Part shown: one piece after another, positions 21,577-32,688 of the stretch
Position numbering within the stretch: position 1 is the stretch's first letter
Layout: the number at the start of each line of letters is the position of its first letter
Source of the DNA: Stramenopiles sp. TOSAG23-3
Taxonomy: Eukaryota
DNA: 62,608 nt
Assembly (NCBI GenBank): GCA_900128585.1
Contig: LT642153.1
Span: 1 to 62,608, forward strand
Direction of reading: 5' to 3'
The notes under the pieces: model-generated
The model's database searches: none
Seen by the model: only the letters and a program-made list of their open reading frames with translations
What the model was told of the DNA's origin: nothing
Program-made: the position numbers and the translations under genes

Positions 21577-22716
21577 TCACACCACGTCAATGGAGGCAAA
21601 GGTAATCCCTCTGGCCTCAAACACAATCATCGTTTTGTTGTTACGGTCAAATAGAATTCCAATGCCTGCATTCGTATCGCCCGGTTGGCCCAGTAACGTC
21701 AGGGCAGAGTACCCGGCTGCTTTTTTCCATACTTCCCGGAACGGCTGCCAACTTTTCCCGTCATCGTGGCTGACCTTCAAAACCATGTCGGTGCGCAGCA
21801 GAAACGAGTTCGGGCCCGAATGGTACAATTTCCCGTTAGGGTGGACTAAAATAGAACTTTCGACTCCATCTATGGGTGATGGTAAATCATGGTTCGGTTC
21901 AGATTCGCTCCATGTCATCCCATCGTCGGTAGAGAACGCTATCTGTTGGTACCCTATTTTCTTTGAGTTTCGGCCTGTCACGACGAGCAACCCATCCCGT
22001 ATTTCCACCATTTGACACTCGCCCCCGTTCGACATCGCCCCACGTGCTTTTGCCCACGTCTGGCCACCATTGTCGCTATAGATGGCATGGCACGGGCCAT
22101 GCATAGGCACCAACAACCTCCCCGTTCTCGACAATTGCACGCCTCCTGCATGGCCCGTTCCAATAAAACCTGGCGGTTCACGATGACCGTCGACGGAGCC
22201 AGAAATGTTCACAGGAGGGGCCCACGTCACGCCCTCGTCCGCGCTTTGGGTTTGGTAAACGTCACGATTGTTGCGGGTAAAAATGAGGTGTACGATGCCA
22301 GTGCGTCGGTCTTGGACAGGACACGCATCCCCAATTGTGGTGTTTTGTCCACTCTGGGCTTCGCTATAAACGGTGATCGCGTGACTCCAGGAAAGCCCGT
22401 TGTCACTGGACCTGCGCATTCGCAGGTCGATGTTTCCCCCATCCCCACACTGCACGTGCCGGGCTTCGACGAAGGCTAACAAATTTCCCTTGGCAGTTCG
22501 AATCAATGAAGGTATTTTGTAGCACGCAACGTTTTCGTCGCCCATTGATGGGGAAACCCCCTGTGCCCCCGGGCACCAAAGATCGACCATTCCATTCTGA
22601 TGTGGAAGGCAGCCCGGAGGTTTTATTGGCGGAACATACGGTTGTCCCCCAACGAGCGAGTACGATACGCAGCAAAGCGCAACCAACGTTTGGACGATTA
22701 TGGGTAAGGCTCGCAT
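21577..22716 (-). CDS. Secreted sialidase/neuraminidase-like protein (GH33, BNR repeats)
   Basis: Signal peptide, YKIP (RIP-motif variant), five Asp-boxes (SSDNGLSW, SADEGVTW, SDNGGQTW, STDDGMTW, SHDDGKSW) and AGYSAL. Confidence 0.88.
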   Translation of the reverse strand: MRALPIIVQTLVALCCVSYSLVGGQPYVPPIKPPGCLPHQNGMVDLWCPGAQGVSPSMGDENVACYKIPSLIRTAKGNLLAFVEARHVQCGDGGNIDLRMRRSSDNGLSWSHAITVYSEAQSGQNTTIGDACPVQDRRTGIVHLIFTRNNRDVYQTQSADEGVTWAPPVNISGSVDGHREPPGFIGTGHAGGVQLSRTGRLLVPMHGPCHAIYSDNGGQTWAKARGAMSNGGECQMVEIRDGLLVVTGRNSKKIGYQQIAFSTDDGMTWSESEPNHDLPSPIDGVESSILVHPNGKLYHSGPNSFLLRTDMVLKVSHDDGKSWQPFREVWKKAAGYSALTLLGQPGDTNAGIGILFDRNNKTMIVFEARGITFASIDVV

Positions 22717-23180
22717 CTTCTTTTCGGTTGTGACTTTTGCGACCGAAAGACCGAAGGGAAGAAAAGCAAGGGTGCAGTTTCTTCTTTTCCTGTCACGTTT
22801 TAAATTCGTTTCATCCTCCTTGACTGATAAACTCTTCCTCTCCTATTTCTCTCTTTAATCTCTGATTACCCCCTATAAAAAATGTATACTTGGTCATTTG
22901 TTCTTTTTCTTTCTTTCTTCTTCTTCTTCTATCTCCTCCTCCTCTTCTTCTTCTTCTTTTTTTTTCTTCTTCTCTTCTTCTTTCTTCTTCTCTTTTTTGT
23001 GTGTTGTTTCTTGTTGTTGATTTGATTTGCCTGTAGTATAGTGGCAATTATATGTATAGGTAAATATTAACTACTTAATTATATTATTAGAATAAATTCA
23101 TTTTTCCGTTATTATTAAATTGTTGTACTCCTCTAAATACAAAACTATTCCTATTAAACTCACCACCTACCAACAACAAG

Positions 23181-23256
23181 AATGGACAAATGCTGAGTTA
23201 GATTCATTTTTCGCGATGATAATATGAGGAAGATAAGCTTTAATTGTTTTTTTTAT
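23181..23256 (-). repeat. Degenerate copy of the dispersed repeat core
   Basis: ATGGACAAA...GATTCATTTTTCGCG...ATGAGGAAGATA aligns with 28331-28385 and with the reverse complement of 5505-5552. Confidence 0.55.
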
Positions 23257-23322
23257 GATATAATTCATATATAGACACTACCGTAATAATCTTCAGTAGT
23301 ATAGTTTGCCTTCCTCGTACAT

Positions 23323-23632
23323 TTGTTCTGACCTGCCCGATTCTCACAGAACATTCATTTTTTTGAATTTAAGCTTGGTGGCGAAGATCTTACGACAACT
23401 CTAACATCTAACAGCATTATCTATATTAATAGTGATAATTTATATTCAGCGCAAAAAAAGTGTTGTTTTATATCTTCGTTGTTCTGACCTGCCCGATTCT
23501 CACATACCATTCATTTTTTTGAATTTAAGCTTGGTGGCGAAGATCTTACGACAACTCTAACATCTAACAGCATTATCTATTAATAGTGATAATTTATATT
23601 CAGCGCAAAAAAAGTGTTGTTTTATATCTTCG
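23323..23632 (+). repeat. Near-perfect tandem duplication (units of 156 and 154 bp)
   Basis: Units 23323-23478 and 23479-23632 both start TTGTTCTGACCTGCCCGATTCTCACA and end GTTTTATATCTTCG. Confidence 0.95.
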
Positions 23633-23944
23633 GACAAAGTTAGAGTCCTTACGTACCAATATAATGAGATAAACATAGTGTGTAATAAAAAACTTGTTGT
23701 GGTTGTTAAGAAAAATATAAAAAGAGGGGAGGAGTAGGGGAAGAGAAAGGGGAAAAAAAAAGGATAAAAAAAACAGTTCCCCGACCGGCAATTTTTATTA
23801 TGGTATTTTTAGAATTTCTTTGAAAATATGGAGCGGAAGGTTCACACAATTCTTCGCCAACATCAAAAATATATTAACTGAATAATTTTGAAAAAAAAAA
23901 ATATTTTAATATTTACCCGTTTAACAAACAAAAAAAAACACAAC

Positions 23945-24832
23945 ATGTCTACAGAGCTCTTCACGGAAGGAGAGTTTTCTTACCACGTGCTGACACCTAG
24001 GCACAAAGACGCAGCACACGCAGTGTTGGCTCGCGCGTTCTGCTCTGAGCCTGCATGCAAAGATATTGCTGAAATACGTCCTGAAATGGAAACGAAATTC
24101 ATTGACTGGCTTGAATTTGTCGATTATTGGATGGACCCTGCAAAAGCTGCAATGAAAGCTTGGGCCGTGAAACAATTATCTGCCAAGGAAATAAAAGGGC
24201 TTGAAAAGGGATTCAAAGCCATCGACATTGACAACGATGAGACGTTAACGGAAGACGAACTATCGCAGCTCCTTCAGCTACTGCGCATTAATATGACTGC
24301 AGAGAAACTTCATGAGATGTTTAAAGAAGTAGATATAGATAACAGCGGTGCGTTAGACTTTGCCGAATTTCTAGTATTGGCAGCCAAAGCCAAGGACATG
24401 GGAGGGAAACACGCAAAAGCATTTTCGGCGATTGTCAATGCTCAAAGCCGTGCCCAAGAAAGCCGAGCTGTGCGGAACCAGCTTTCAAAACTTGCAGAAA
24501 AAAAAGTGAAGGAAAAGTTAAATGTGTCTTTGCAGAGAGAAGCAATGGCAGCTTCCCGTGCAGTGAAACACACAAAAGAGAATGCAACTAAACGCAAACA
24601 GAACAACCAGAAACGGGCCAAAAAAATAGAAATGAGGCAAGCCGCCATCACAGACAAAAACGAACAAGTACTGGCCCAATCAGAAAAGCGACTTGCAGAT
24701 AAGACAAAAGACCATAAGAAGAGGTACGCCAAGTCGCAGAAAGAGAGAAAAAAGGAGCAAGATAGAGTTGCGAGGTCAAGACGCGAAAGGTCGCAGCAAG
24801 CAAGAGCAAAAGCCGAGCTTTTGAAAAACTAA
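23945..24832 (+). CDS. EF-hand pair protein with coiled-coil tail and an unrelated-looking 62-aa N-terminal segment
   Basis: EF loops DIDNDETLTEDE and DIDNSGALDFAE; internal ATG at 24131. Confidence 0.8.
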   Translation: MSTELFTEGEFSYHVLTPRHKDAAHAVLARAFCSEPACKDIAEIRPEMETKFIDWLEFVDYWMDPAKAAMKAWAVKQLSAKEIKGLEKGFKAIDIDNDETLTEDELSQLLQLLRINMTAEKLHEMFKEVDIDNSGALDFAEFLVLAAKAKDMGGKHAKAFSAIVNAQSRAQESRAVRNQLSKLAEKKVKEKLNVSLQREAMAASRAVKHTKENATKRKQNNQKRAKKIEMRQAAITDKNEQVLAQSEKRLADKTKDHKKRYAKSQKERKKEQDRVARSRRERSQQARAKAELLKN

Positions 24833-24872
24833 AAAGAAAGAAAAATTGAAAGAAAGGTGGCCCGTAAATCTC

Positions 24873-25062
24873 TAAAAACAAGAAAATTGGCTGTTATTTA
24901 AGTATGATTTTATGAAGAAAAATACAAACTAATATCTCTAGTAAGCATTACTACATAATTTGTTTTTTTTTTTGATACGACACTTAAATTAAATTAGGGG
25001 TTCGGTTCGCAATACATTTTAATTTTACTTACTTAAAATTAACAGCCAATTTTCTTGTTTTA
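24873..25062. mobile_element. MITE-like element of about 190 bp with terminal inverted repeats
   Basis: AAAACAAGAAAATTGGCTGTTA (24875-24896) and its exact reverse complement (25040-25061); AT-rich non-coding interior; related copies elsewhere in the window. Confidence 0.6.
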
Positions 25063-25080
25063 AATTAATGTATTTAGCAA

Positions 25081-25995
25081 TCACCCTTTCTTCTTGCCTT
25101 TGGTGGCTTTGCTTCCCGGGCCCTCGTATTTTTTCTTTGCAGGGCCAGTTTTTGCCATCCTTTTGTGCTTCGCTTTGTATTCTGCTTGGGCTTTCAATTC
25201 TTTCTTGGATAATTTCTTGGGCAAAGACACGTCCACGCCCTTTTCTCTGAGGGCCATCGCCTCTGCTTTTTTGCGTTCCGCTTCTTGCGCACGAACTTCT
25301 GCCTCGCGTGCCCTTTTTATCCGCTTTTCTCGCTCGCGTTCTTCGCGTAACTTCTCACCTAACTTCAGCGCCTCTAGTTTCGCCGATGATATGGCTTCAT
25401 TTTCCTCCTCGTTTAATTGCTCTTCCTTTGTTTTCGTTTCTTCATGCTTTTTCGGGACAACGATGGCGAACCGGCGTATCGTCACTCCATCGTCGTTAGA
25501 ACCAAAGTAAGATTCAAGAAATTCGGGCGCGACCCGGAGCAGAGCACCATATTGTTGTTCGCACCACTGAAAAATACTATCCATTTGCCAGCCCGTGCGC
25601 AAATGCTCTGGCAAATCCTGCTCCTTTTGCAGTTCTGCTATCCATTTTTCTTTTATAGTACCTGCAATAGACAGCTGCATTCTTTGAGGTAGGTGCTTGT
25701 TGCTTATTTCAACATTAACTGGGAACTGTTCCAAGTGCGGCGACTGAATTACCAGCCTAATACGTAGGTCAGGAACATCGTACATTTCTGCCTCTTCTGT
25801 TCTCCGAATAATGCGCAGCGCACGGACAGGCCATGGCGGAGGTGGACGTGTCCACATTGGCTTAAAATCATCGCCCCATTTGCTTTTCATTTGCTGTAAC
25901 TCAAGTTTTATCTTTTTAAAACTCCCTTTCTTTGCACCTGCGCCCGAAGGTTTCCCCGTGTCACTGGCCTCACTGGAGGCAGCCATCGAAGCCAT
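25081..25995 (-). CDS. Hypothetical protein (globular N-terminal domain plus charged coiled-coil tail)
   Basis: Long ORF with first ATG at 25995 and coding-like composition. Confidence 0.75.
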   Translation of the reverse strand: MASMAASSEASDTGKPSGAGAKKGSFKKIKLELQQMKSKWGDDFKPMWTRPPPPWPVRALRIIRRTEEAEMYDVPDLRIRLVIQSPHLEQFPVNVEISNKHLPQRMQLSIAGTIKEKWIAELQKEQDLPEHLRTGWQMDSIFQWCEQQYGALLRVAPEFLESYFGSNDDGVTIRRFAIVVPKKHEETKTKEEQLNEEENEAISSAKLEALKLGEKLREEREREKRIKRAREAEVRAQEAERKKAEAMALREKGVDVSLPKKLSKKELKAQAEYKAKHKRMAKTGPAKKKYEGPGSKATKGKKKG

Positions 25996-26932
25996 ACTTA
26001 AATTGTAAATTATAGAGTAATTGTAAATTATAGAGCACGGTCGGTGTTGCTCGTGTGTCAATTAATTCCCGTGTGAGTCTTGGCAATGCTTTAGCGAGTA
26101 GCAATGGGGTGAGATTATGCAAAATATGGAAGGTGTGGTCTATGTTTTAGATTTGTAAAAATGAAAACAAACGAGTTAATTGTAGTATTGTCGTCTTCTT
26201 CCTTCCTTCTTCTTCTATATTATATTATGGGGTGGGTGGCCACAGCAAGTACCTTACAACCGGAAAATTATTTATTTCTTCCCTGTGTGGTTTGTATTGT
26301 TGTGTGATGACGGATAAAAAAAGAAAACACGAAAAGATATTAATTTGATAAAAACAACGAAGAAGACAGGAGCACAGAAGCGAACGGGCGGACGAGTAAG
26401 TAAGATTTCCAAAGTAAATAATATATCAATATCCTTACTTAAAGTAGTAGAAGAAGAAGCAACAACAAAAATAATAATAATATAACAACAACAATGAATA
26501 ATAATAAAAATTTATTAGGCCATCCGCCTTCTTCTTTCTTCTTCTGAGGGATGGATGAGGAGGAGTTCGTTCACTTTCTTCTTCTTTCTTCTATCTTTCT
26601 TCTTTTTCAAACAAACACAAACAAACCAACAACAACAACAGACCACCATGATTAAAATTAATCTCTTCTTCTACTGGTACGGTACCGTACCTGTACGGTA
26701 CCGGTACCTACTACTACCAATGGAAGCTCTTCTTCTTCTTGTTGAACCTGGTTGGGGGGCCGGAAGAGTTTTCAAGAAGATTGTTGACGTGTTTTTTTCA
26801 TTAAATATATTTGCGATGAAACATATAGGGTCTTTCAACGTTTTTTAAAGAAAGAGAAAGAGTGGGCATCTCATAGATTTTAAGTTTTGTAGGATTATTT
26901 AAAAAGAAGAACAAATAATTAGTGTCCGTAGT

Positions 26933-28152
26933 ATGATCTTTTCTGGTTTTATTTCAAAAGCAGCAAGAAAGTGCAACTCGGTGCCTTTGCGCACCATTGC
27001 TTCTGCGCCTCGGCAGGCTCGCGGGACACCTGCGCATATAACCGATCGATGTGCGCTTTTAGACGCTCGTAAAGATAATTTGCCTCCCAACAGTTTGACA
27101 TGGCGTGCATTTTATGACTCTTCGATCGGAAACGATGGGGCTGGGGCAATAATAACAGACCCACTGTTTTTCACTATCCCAGTGGACGACCATGGCTTTC
27201 ACCGAGGCCATTGTGTTTTTGATACTTGCACTGTTTCTGGGTCGAAATGCTTTGGTTTGGACTTTCATCTGGACAGGTTTTTGCAATCGGCATCGAGGGC
27301 TCGAATTGACCATTCGTACTCAAAAGATTGGCTTCGAGACACCATTTTGAGGACTATTGCTGCGTCGCAGCAGCGAGAAAATACTTTCGTGCGGTACTGG
27401 TTAACTTCTGGTAAGTCAGGTGCTTCGTTCCTGAGCACGATGCAAACAGCTTCTAACAACAACATTTTTTCAACACTCCTATGTGCTTTCCCATTCACTC
27501 TGCAGGCCGTGGTGATTTTGGCATAGTGCCTTCCCCTGAAACTACCTCCGATCCTCGTTTCTATGCAGTGGTGCACGACTACGGTATGGAAAAAACGCGG
27601 GAAAGGGAGGAAGGTGTTGCAGAAGTATTTGTGAAAGATGTCCCTTTAAAACCAAAGCTTCTAGCGGAAGTAAAGAGCAATAATTATATGCTCAATGCAT
27701 TGTTGACTCTTCGTGCAAAAGAACTTGGTGGGTCGCTCGGAATAGCTGTCTCTGAAGATGGCCGCTTGCACGAAAGTAGTATTGCAAATGTTGGGATCGT
27801 CACGGATGATGGAGTTTTCAAAACTCCTCATTTTGATGGAATCTTGGCTGGGACCAGTCTGAAGCGGATGCATTCATTAATTGCAGATGTACTTGCGGCT
27901 GGGCATTTAAATGGCTTTGAATTTTGCGATATTTATGCGGATGAAGCACTTCGTGCATCAGAAGTTATATTTTTTGGTGGTGGTTTTTGCACTCCAGTCG
28001 TAGAGCTTGATGGCAAGCGCATTGGCAATGGATGCCCCGGGGATGTGTTCAAGAGTTTCGATCGTATCATGAGAGCAGACATGGTGATGGATTTTGAGAC
28101 CGACAATATCCCATATGAAATGTTCGAGAAATCGAAAATCACGCCCCATTAG
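26933..28152 (+). CDS. Class IV PLP-dependent aminotransferase (D-amino-acid transaminase/ADC lyase type); exons 26933-27410 and 27506-28152
   Basis: IPVDDHGFHRGHCVFDT, PLP lysine in VKSNNY, ILAGTS. Splicing out 27411-27505 restores YWLTSGRGDFG. Confidence 0.92.
27411..27505 (+). other. Spliceosomal intron, 95 nt, phase 1
   Basis: GTAAGT donor, TTCTAAC branch-like motif, TGCAG acceptor; joins two ORFs in frame. Confidence 0.92.
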
Positions 28153-28330
28153 CTTCGGAAGATTGAATATAACAAGCAAGAAAAAATAAGAAAAAAATAA
28201 ATTTCCCAAAAAGTCTGATGAATTTATGCTTACTCGCGCAATTGATTTTTCTCTTAATTCTAAAACACAAAATATGTGTGCTATATATAAAGAAAGCATT
28301 TTGTTGAGAACTTTTTACCCTTATGATCTA

Positions 28331-28418
28331 ATGGACAAAAGGAGCAGATTCATTTTCGCGGGATACATGAGAAAGCTAAATTTTAATTACTTAAATAACA
28401 GCCATTTTTTTGTTTTTA
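28331..28418 (-). repeat. Copy of the dispersed repeat carrying both the core and the end motif
   Basis: ATGGACAAAAGGAGCAGATTCATTTTCGCGGGAT...TACTTAAATAACAGCCATTTTTTTGTTTTTA. Confidence 0.7.
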
Positions 28419-28626
28419 AATTAAAACTAAATGCATTTTGGTTTTCTCTTTACTTAATATGAAAACGGTTTTCTCTTTACTTTAAAAAGTTAAACTTATT
28501 GCTTGAATACTTCTGAAGCAAACCGTTAAGTTTAAGGGAGGGAAATCATTCTCCCCTTTAAATACCTAAAGTGACTTGCCCGGGGTGATTTAAAAAATTA
28601 TGATCTCTAATAAAAGTGTGCAGAAG

Positions 28627-29760
28627 CTAATGATGGCGACTTTTAGACTTCCTACGTCGTCGCTTGCCTTCCCCATGGCTTGATCCAGAACTAGTTCCAC
28701 TTCTGTCATTGCTTCCACTACTTGCTCGATTCGACGCTCTTCCTGGCGATGATGGCTCGTTGGCGAGTTGTGTCAAAAGTGTCTTTGCAAGAGCGGAGCG
28801 TTTCTCGTCTTTTTTCCTCGGAAAAATCCCGGCATCGATAAGGTTCGTCGGCGGTATTGTACGAGAAGACCCGTTCCGTAAGGGTTCAATAATCATTTTT
28901 TCTTGCAGAATGCAATGCAACACCATAGTCCACGTGAGAGGCGACTGGTCCCACCGTGCGATGACTTTCTCTTTGGAATTGCAATCAAACATATTGTCCT
29001 TCCCAGCTTCGGTTTTTCCAAAAAGCAACGCGTTGAGAGTATTATTGCTGGCAGCACATTTCTTAAAAAGTGCAGCGCACACTATTTCTATCGGCGGGTA
29101 GGCAGTTGAATTTTTCTTTCTACGTTCGTGGCTTTGTCCAAGCGCAAGTACTACAGCGCTCGAGGATGACATATCTTCTTTGCCATAACATGCCATTCTT
29201 AGAGATGTTACAAAGTCTCCGACTGGAACGACCAACGACTTTTCGTCGTTTGAGTTTTTTAACACATTCGCCAGAGTGGTGAATAGAGCCCGGGCTTCAT
29301 AGAAAAATTCTTTGTAGAAAAAAAATGTTTGGACCATGGCCGATACTGTCCCAAAAACGAGTTGGCTTTCAGAAACCCCCAAAAGCGATTCATCGACTAT
29401 TTCTTTTGGAAAATCTGGACATAAAAATGTTAATAGCTGGTGGTAGTCTGCAGGTGTTATGCGTTCTGAGTCCGATAGGTTTGGGTAACATTTTTGAAAG
29501 TGACGCAAAAACGCAAGGCGGTTACGCTGGGACGCAAAGACATATTCATAGCCCCGAGACGCGACATGGTCCCCAGCACGAACGCTCTTAAAATATTCAT
29601 ACACGATACTAACAGGTCTTTCCTCACGGCGCCCCAAGACTAATTTCACAACGTCCTTTAAGTACAGCTGAAGCTCGTGCTTCTCTATATACTCCTCGGC
29701 AGTGAGCGGGGAGGGAGTAGAAGAATTCGTAGGTCCTCTTGTTTCTGCAATAGTACTCAT
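28627..29760 (-). CDS. CSTPP1: CSTPP1/C11orf49-like tubulin polyglutamylase complex regulator
   Basis: EYFKSVRAGDHV...NRLAFLRHFQKCY...YHQLLTFLCPDFP resembles the C11orf49 N-terminal domain. Confidence 0.7.
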   Translation of the reverse strand: MSTIAETRGPTNSSTPSPLTAEEYIEKHELQLYLKDVVKLVLGRREERPVSIVYEYFKSVRAGDHVASRGYEYVFASQRNRLAFLRHFQKCYPNLSDSERITPADYHQLLTFLCPDFPKEIVDESLLGVSESQLVFGTVSAMVQTFFFYKEFFYEARALFTTLANVLKNSNDEKSLVVPVGDFVTSLRMACYGKEDMSSSSAVVLALGQSHERRKKNSTAYPPIEIVCAALFKKCAASNNTLNALLFGKTEAGKDNMFDCNSKEKVIARWDQSPLTWTMVLHCILQEKMIIEPLRNGSSRTIPPTNLIDAGIFPRKKDEKRSALAKTLLTQLANEPSSPGRASNRASSGSNDRSGTSSGSSHGEGKRRRRKSKSRHH

Positions 29761-30533
29761 TTTTTCCTTCGTTTCGTTTTACAGCACCGTGTATTTTTAC
29801 GTATTAGTTTTCTCTCTACACTTCCGCCCGCTTCGGGATTCTACTCTTCGTTCCGGTGTACGGGAAGGAGGCGGCCGCAATCAGCAAGGAATCAATCCAA
29901 CGTAGAAGCCCCCAGTCGTGATTAGGTTAGTTCTGTGTGGGTGTCCGTTTGTAAACAAATCACTACATCTTGGAAGTTATCAAACTGTGGCTGTGATTCC
30001 ACTGCAGAAAGCAACATTGTATATATATATATAAATATGAATTCAGTTTAATTTCTTCAACGATCATCTTAATACAAAAAATATAATAAAAAAATACCAG
30101 CAGCAGTATTATTATATATAATTGGAATAATAGTAGTTTAATACTATAGTACCTGGTTACCGTAGTAGAAGTACGAGGAGTTCGAAGAAGAAGAAGAAAG
30201 TGTTGTTTTTTTTTTTGAAATTAGTTGTATTATTATAATCTATAATACTGTGGTAATATTAATACAGGTATCTATAGACTACTATAATAAAAGTAAAAGA
30301 ATAAAAATATATAATATAGAAGCTATTATTATTCCAATTATACAACATGATTTAATAGGAGTTAATAAATAAGTAGGCCAAAAAAGTAGAAGAAAAGTAA
30401 TGTTATAATTATGATCAAGACTTATGCAGTAAATGATTTACTTTTTTTTAAAAAATTTAGACCGAGTATATGAGACGAATTGAACTACAGACAAACGGGC
30501 AGAAGAAAGCACTGTTCTCTGCCTTTATCGCAA

Positions 30534-31940
30534 CTAAACTCCTGCCCCGGAGTCTGCCTTGTCCTCCTCCTCCTGAGAAGAGGAATCTTGACCTTCAGGC
30601 ATTTTGATGGGATGCACAGACGTCCCCTTCGTCGCAGCCTCTATAGCATCCCCTTTCCTGGTAAGGTTTTTGATGTAAATAATTGCAGACTCGAACGTTG
30701 CGAGGTAAAACCCATACTTTCCGTTTAAAGTTTCGCTTGGGGCGAATGTTCGCATAAATTTTATGTTCGCCAAAAGAAGTCCGGGTGCTGTATTTAAAAC
30801 AACGTGGATATATATAGGCAATAACTCGTCGGTCGCCAAGGATCCCCTTCTGCTTTTGATTCTTCGCTTCCCTTTCTGTTTGGACCGCTCCTTCTCCTCC
30901 ACTTTTGCTTGAAAAGAATTGAAACCCTCAGCTATCAAGTCGCCAACTTTAACTATAACGTCTAGCTTAGCCAAGGGCGACCGCTCGTTGTTAATAGTAC
31001 GCAATTCAACGACCGCGCTCTCTTCCAGACCAAGACCATCCCATTTACAATTTTCCTCGCTCGAACCACGAGCACGCATGCCATGCAATTGAATTTGCAA
31101 TGTATTCTCTTCCTCCATTTCTGCATTGCAAATCGCACTAAATACATTGGGATAAATTTCTTCGTGAATTAGGGTGTGAAATGATTTTGATAACATATGG
31201 AACAATGCAGGCTGCTTTAAAGCGCATGCGTAATTTATATTCCGCTTTATAGCTTGGCCAACCAGGGTATGGCACTCTTCGTCTATGGCATCGATTAAGT
31301 TTTCAACGGCGTCATGCCGGATGCCTGCTTTTCCAACATCACCATCCACCCCATCCTTGCTTTGATTCTCCTGCTCAAAAAGCAGGTATTTCCCTGACGA
31401 AATTTCTTCGTTGATGCCAGCTGCAAACGCCAAAGAATTTCGCACAACGAACTTGTTAACCCTGGAATGTTTTATCATCATGACCCATTCTTTAGCGCTC
31501 CGCGCGGACGAAAAGAGTTCTTTGTTGTCGTACGTGCTATAAACGACGTCACCAGGCCCGCTAATTGGCCGGTTGATACAATAGACTTTAAAACTGCTGT
31601 CCCCAATAAAAAACTCTTCCTCGAACAAAACTCGCACGGTTCTTTCCTCTGGGAATGCGCCGCCGGCGTCACTGGCTTCGCTGCATGCTTTCAGCGTTTT
31701 CTTCTCCGCGTTAAATTCTACGGACTTTCCGTTTAAGGTGAGAAAAAATCCTTGGTAATATTGATTAAGCGGTTGCAGTATATGGCTAAAAATAATCGAT
31801 TTTGTGGTGAACTTTGCAGCTTGTATGGACGTAGATTGCGGAATCAACAACGTCCATGATCGACTCACCGCCTCATTCTCTAAATCGGGGAAAATTTGCC
31901 GCATTGCAGCAAAAAATTTATTGTGCTGAAAGTCCTCCAT
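30534..31940 (-). CDS. VPS9-domain Rab GEF with a VARP/ANKRD27-like N-terminal domain
   Basis: SPLAKL, ATDELLPIYIHVV and GFYLATFESAIIYI VPS9 motifs; N-terminal TLNGK...VRVLFEEEF. Confidence 0.85.
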   Translation of the reverse strand: MEDFQHNKFFAAMRQIFPDLENEAVSRSWTLLIPQSTSIQAAKFTTKSIIFSHILQPLNQYYQGFFLTLNGKSVEFNAEKKTLKACSEASDAGGAFPEERTVRVLFEEEFFIGDSSFKVYCINRPISGPGDVVYSTYDNKELFSSARSAKEWVMMIKHSRVNKFVVRNSLAFAAGINEEISSGKYLLFEQENQSKDGVDGDVGKAGIRHDAVENLIDAIDEECHTLVGQAIKRNINYACALKQPALFHMLSKSFHTLIHEEIYPNVFSAICNAEMEEENTLQIQLHGMRARGSSEENCKWDGLGLEESAVVELRTINNERSPLAKLDVIVKVGDLIAEGFNSFQAKVEEKERSKQKGKRRIKSRRGSLATDELLPIYIHVVLNTAPGLLLANIKFMRTFAPSETLNGKYGFYLATFESAIIYIKNLTRKGDAIEAATKGTSVHPIKMPEGQDSSSQEEEDKADSGAGV

Positions 31941-32688
31941 AATAGCACGGTACCAGCGAAAACCGGACCCGCAAAGGGGTTGAACTGAAGGTGGGGGGGT
32001 CTGCTACTACTCACTGTATTTTCTCCGCGAATCTCTCTACGCCCGTCAACCTGCACTGCAATCGTGATAGACAAAGCTAACAAGATTTCTAAAATTACAA
32101 TGCGACTTGTGTCGTTTCCTCATGATGGCACAATTGTGCTGCATTTTTTATGATATATTTTTTGTTATTAATAGACGAGTCGTCGAAATAATAATATAAT
32201 AATAATAATATTAAAATATATATATTATAGAAGATGATCGACGACGATTATTTATTATAAAAAAAGAGAGATCTTCTCAACAACGACAATATTATTATAT
32301 CACAATCAATCATCATGCAGCATCAGGCGAGCGAGGTGAATAAAAATAATTATTATATTGCTGTGGTTGGGAGGAGGAGGCCAACAAAACACAATGGTAA
32401 TAATATAACTTATTATGATGTGGAATTATTCACCAATAAGTTTTACCTAGAAAATATACAGATTATATAGTTAAACACAGTAATTTATTTTGTGTACGAA
32501 ATATTTTTTTATCAAAATAAAATAATATCCTGTTCTTCGTTCTTCTTCCTAATCATTTGTAAAAATATTCATCTCTTTTTGTCGACGCCCACCTTATATA
32601 AACCCCGCGCGCGTGGTTTCAAATTGGGTGCGATTCATTCACTTCAATTGCTCTTGCGCATCTGTCGATCCTACTGGGCACACGGGCC

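Noticed and set aside
23323..23632. Tandem repeat considered as a CRISPR array
   Set aside because: Two long adjacent units with no unique spacers, no cas genes and a eukaryotic context
26002..26037. 18-bp direct repeat AATTGTAAATTATAGAG upstream of an ATG
   Set aside because: A simple local slippage duplication with no further structure
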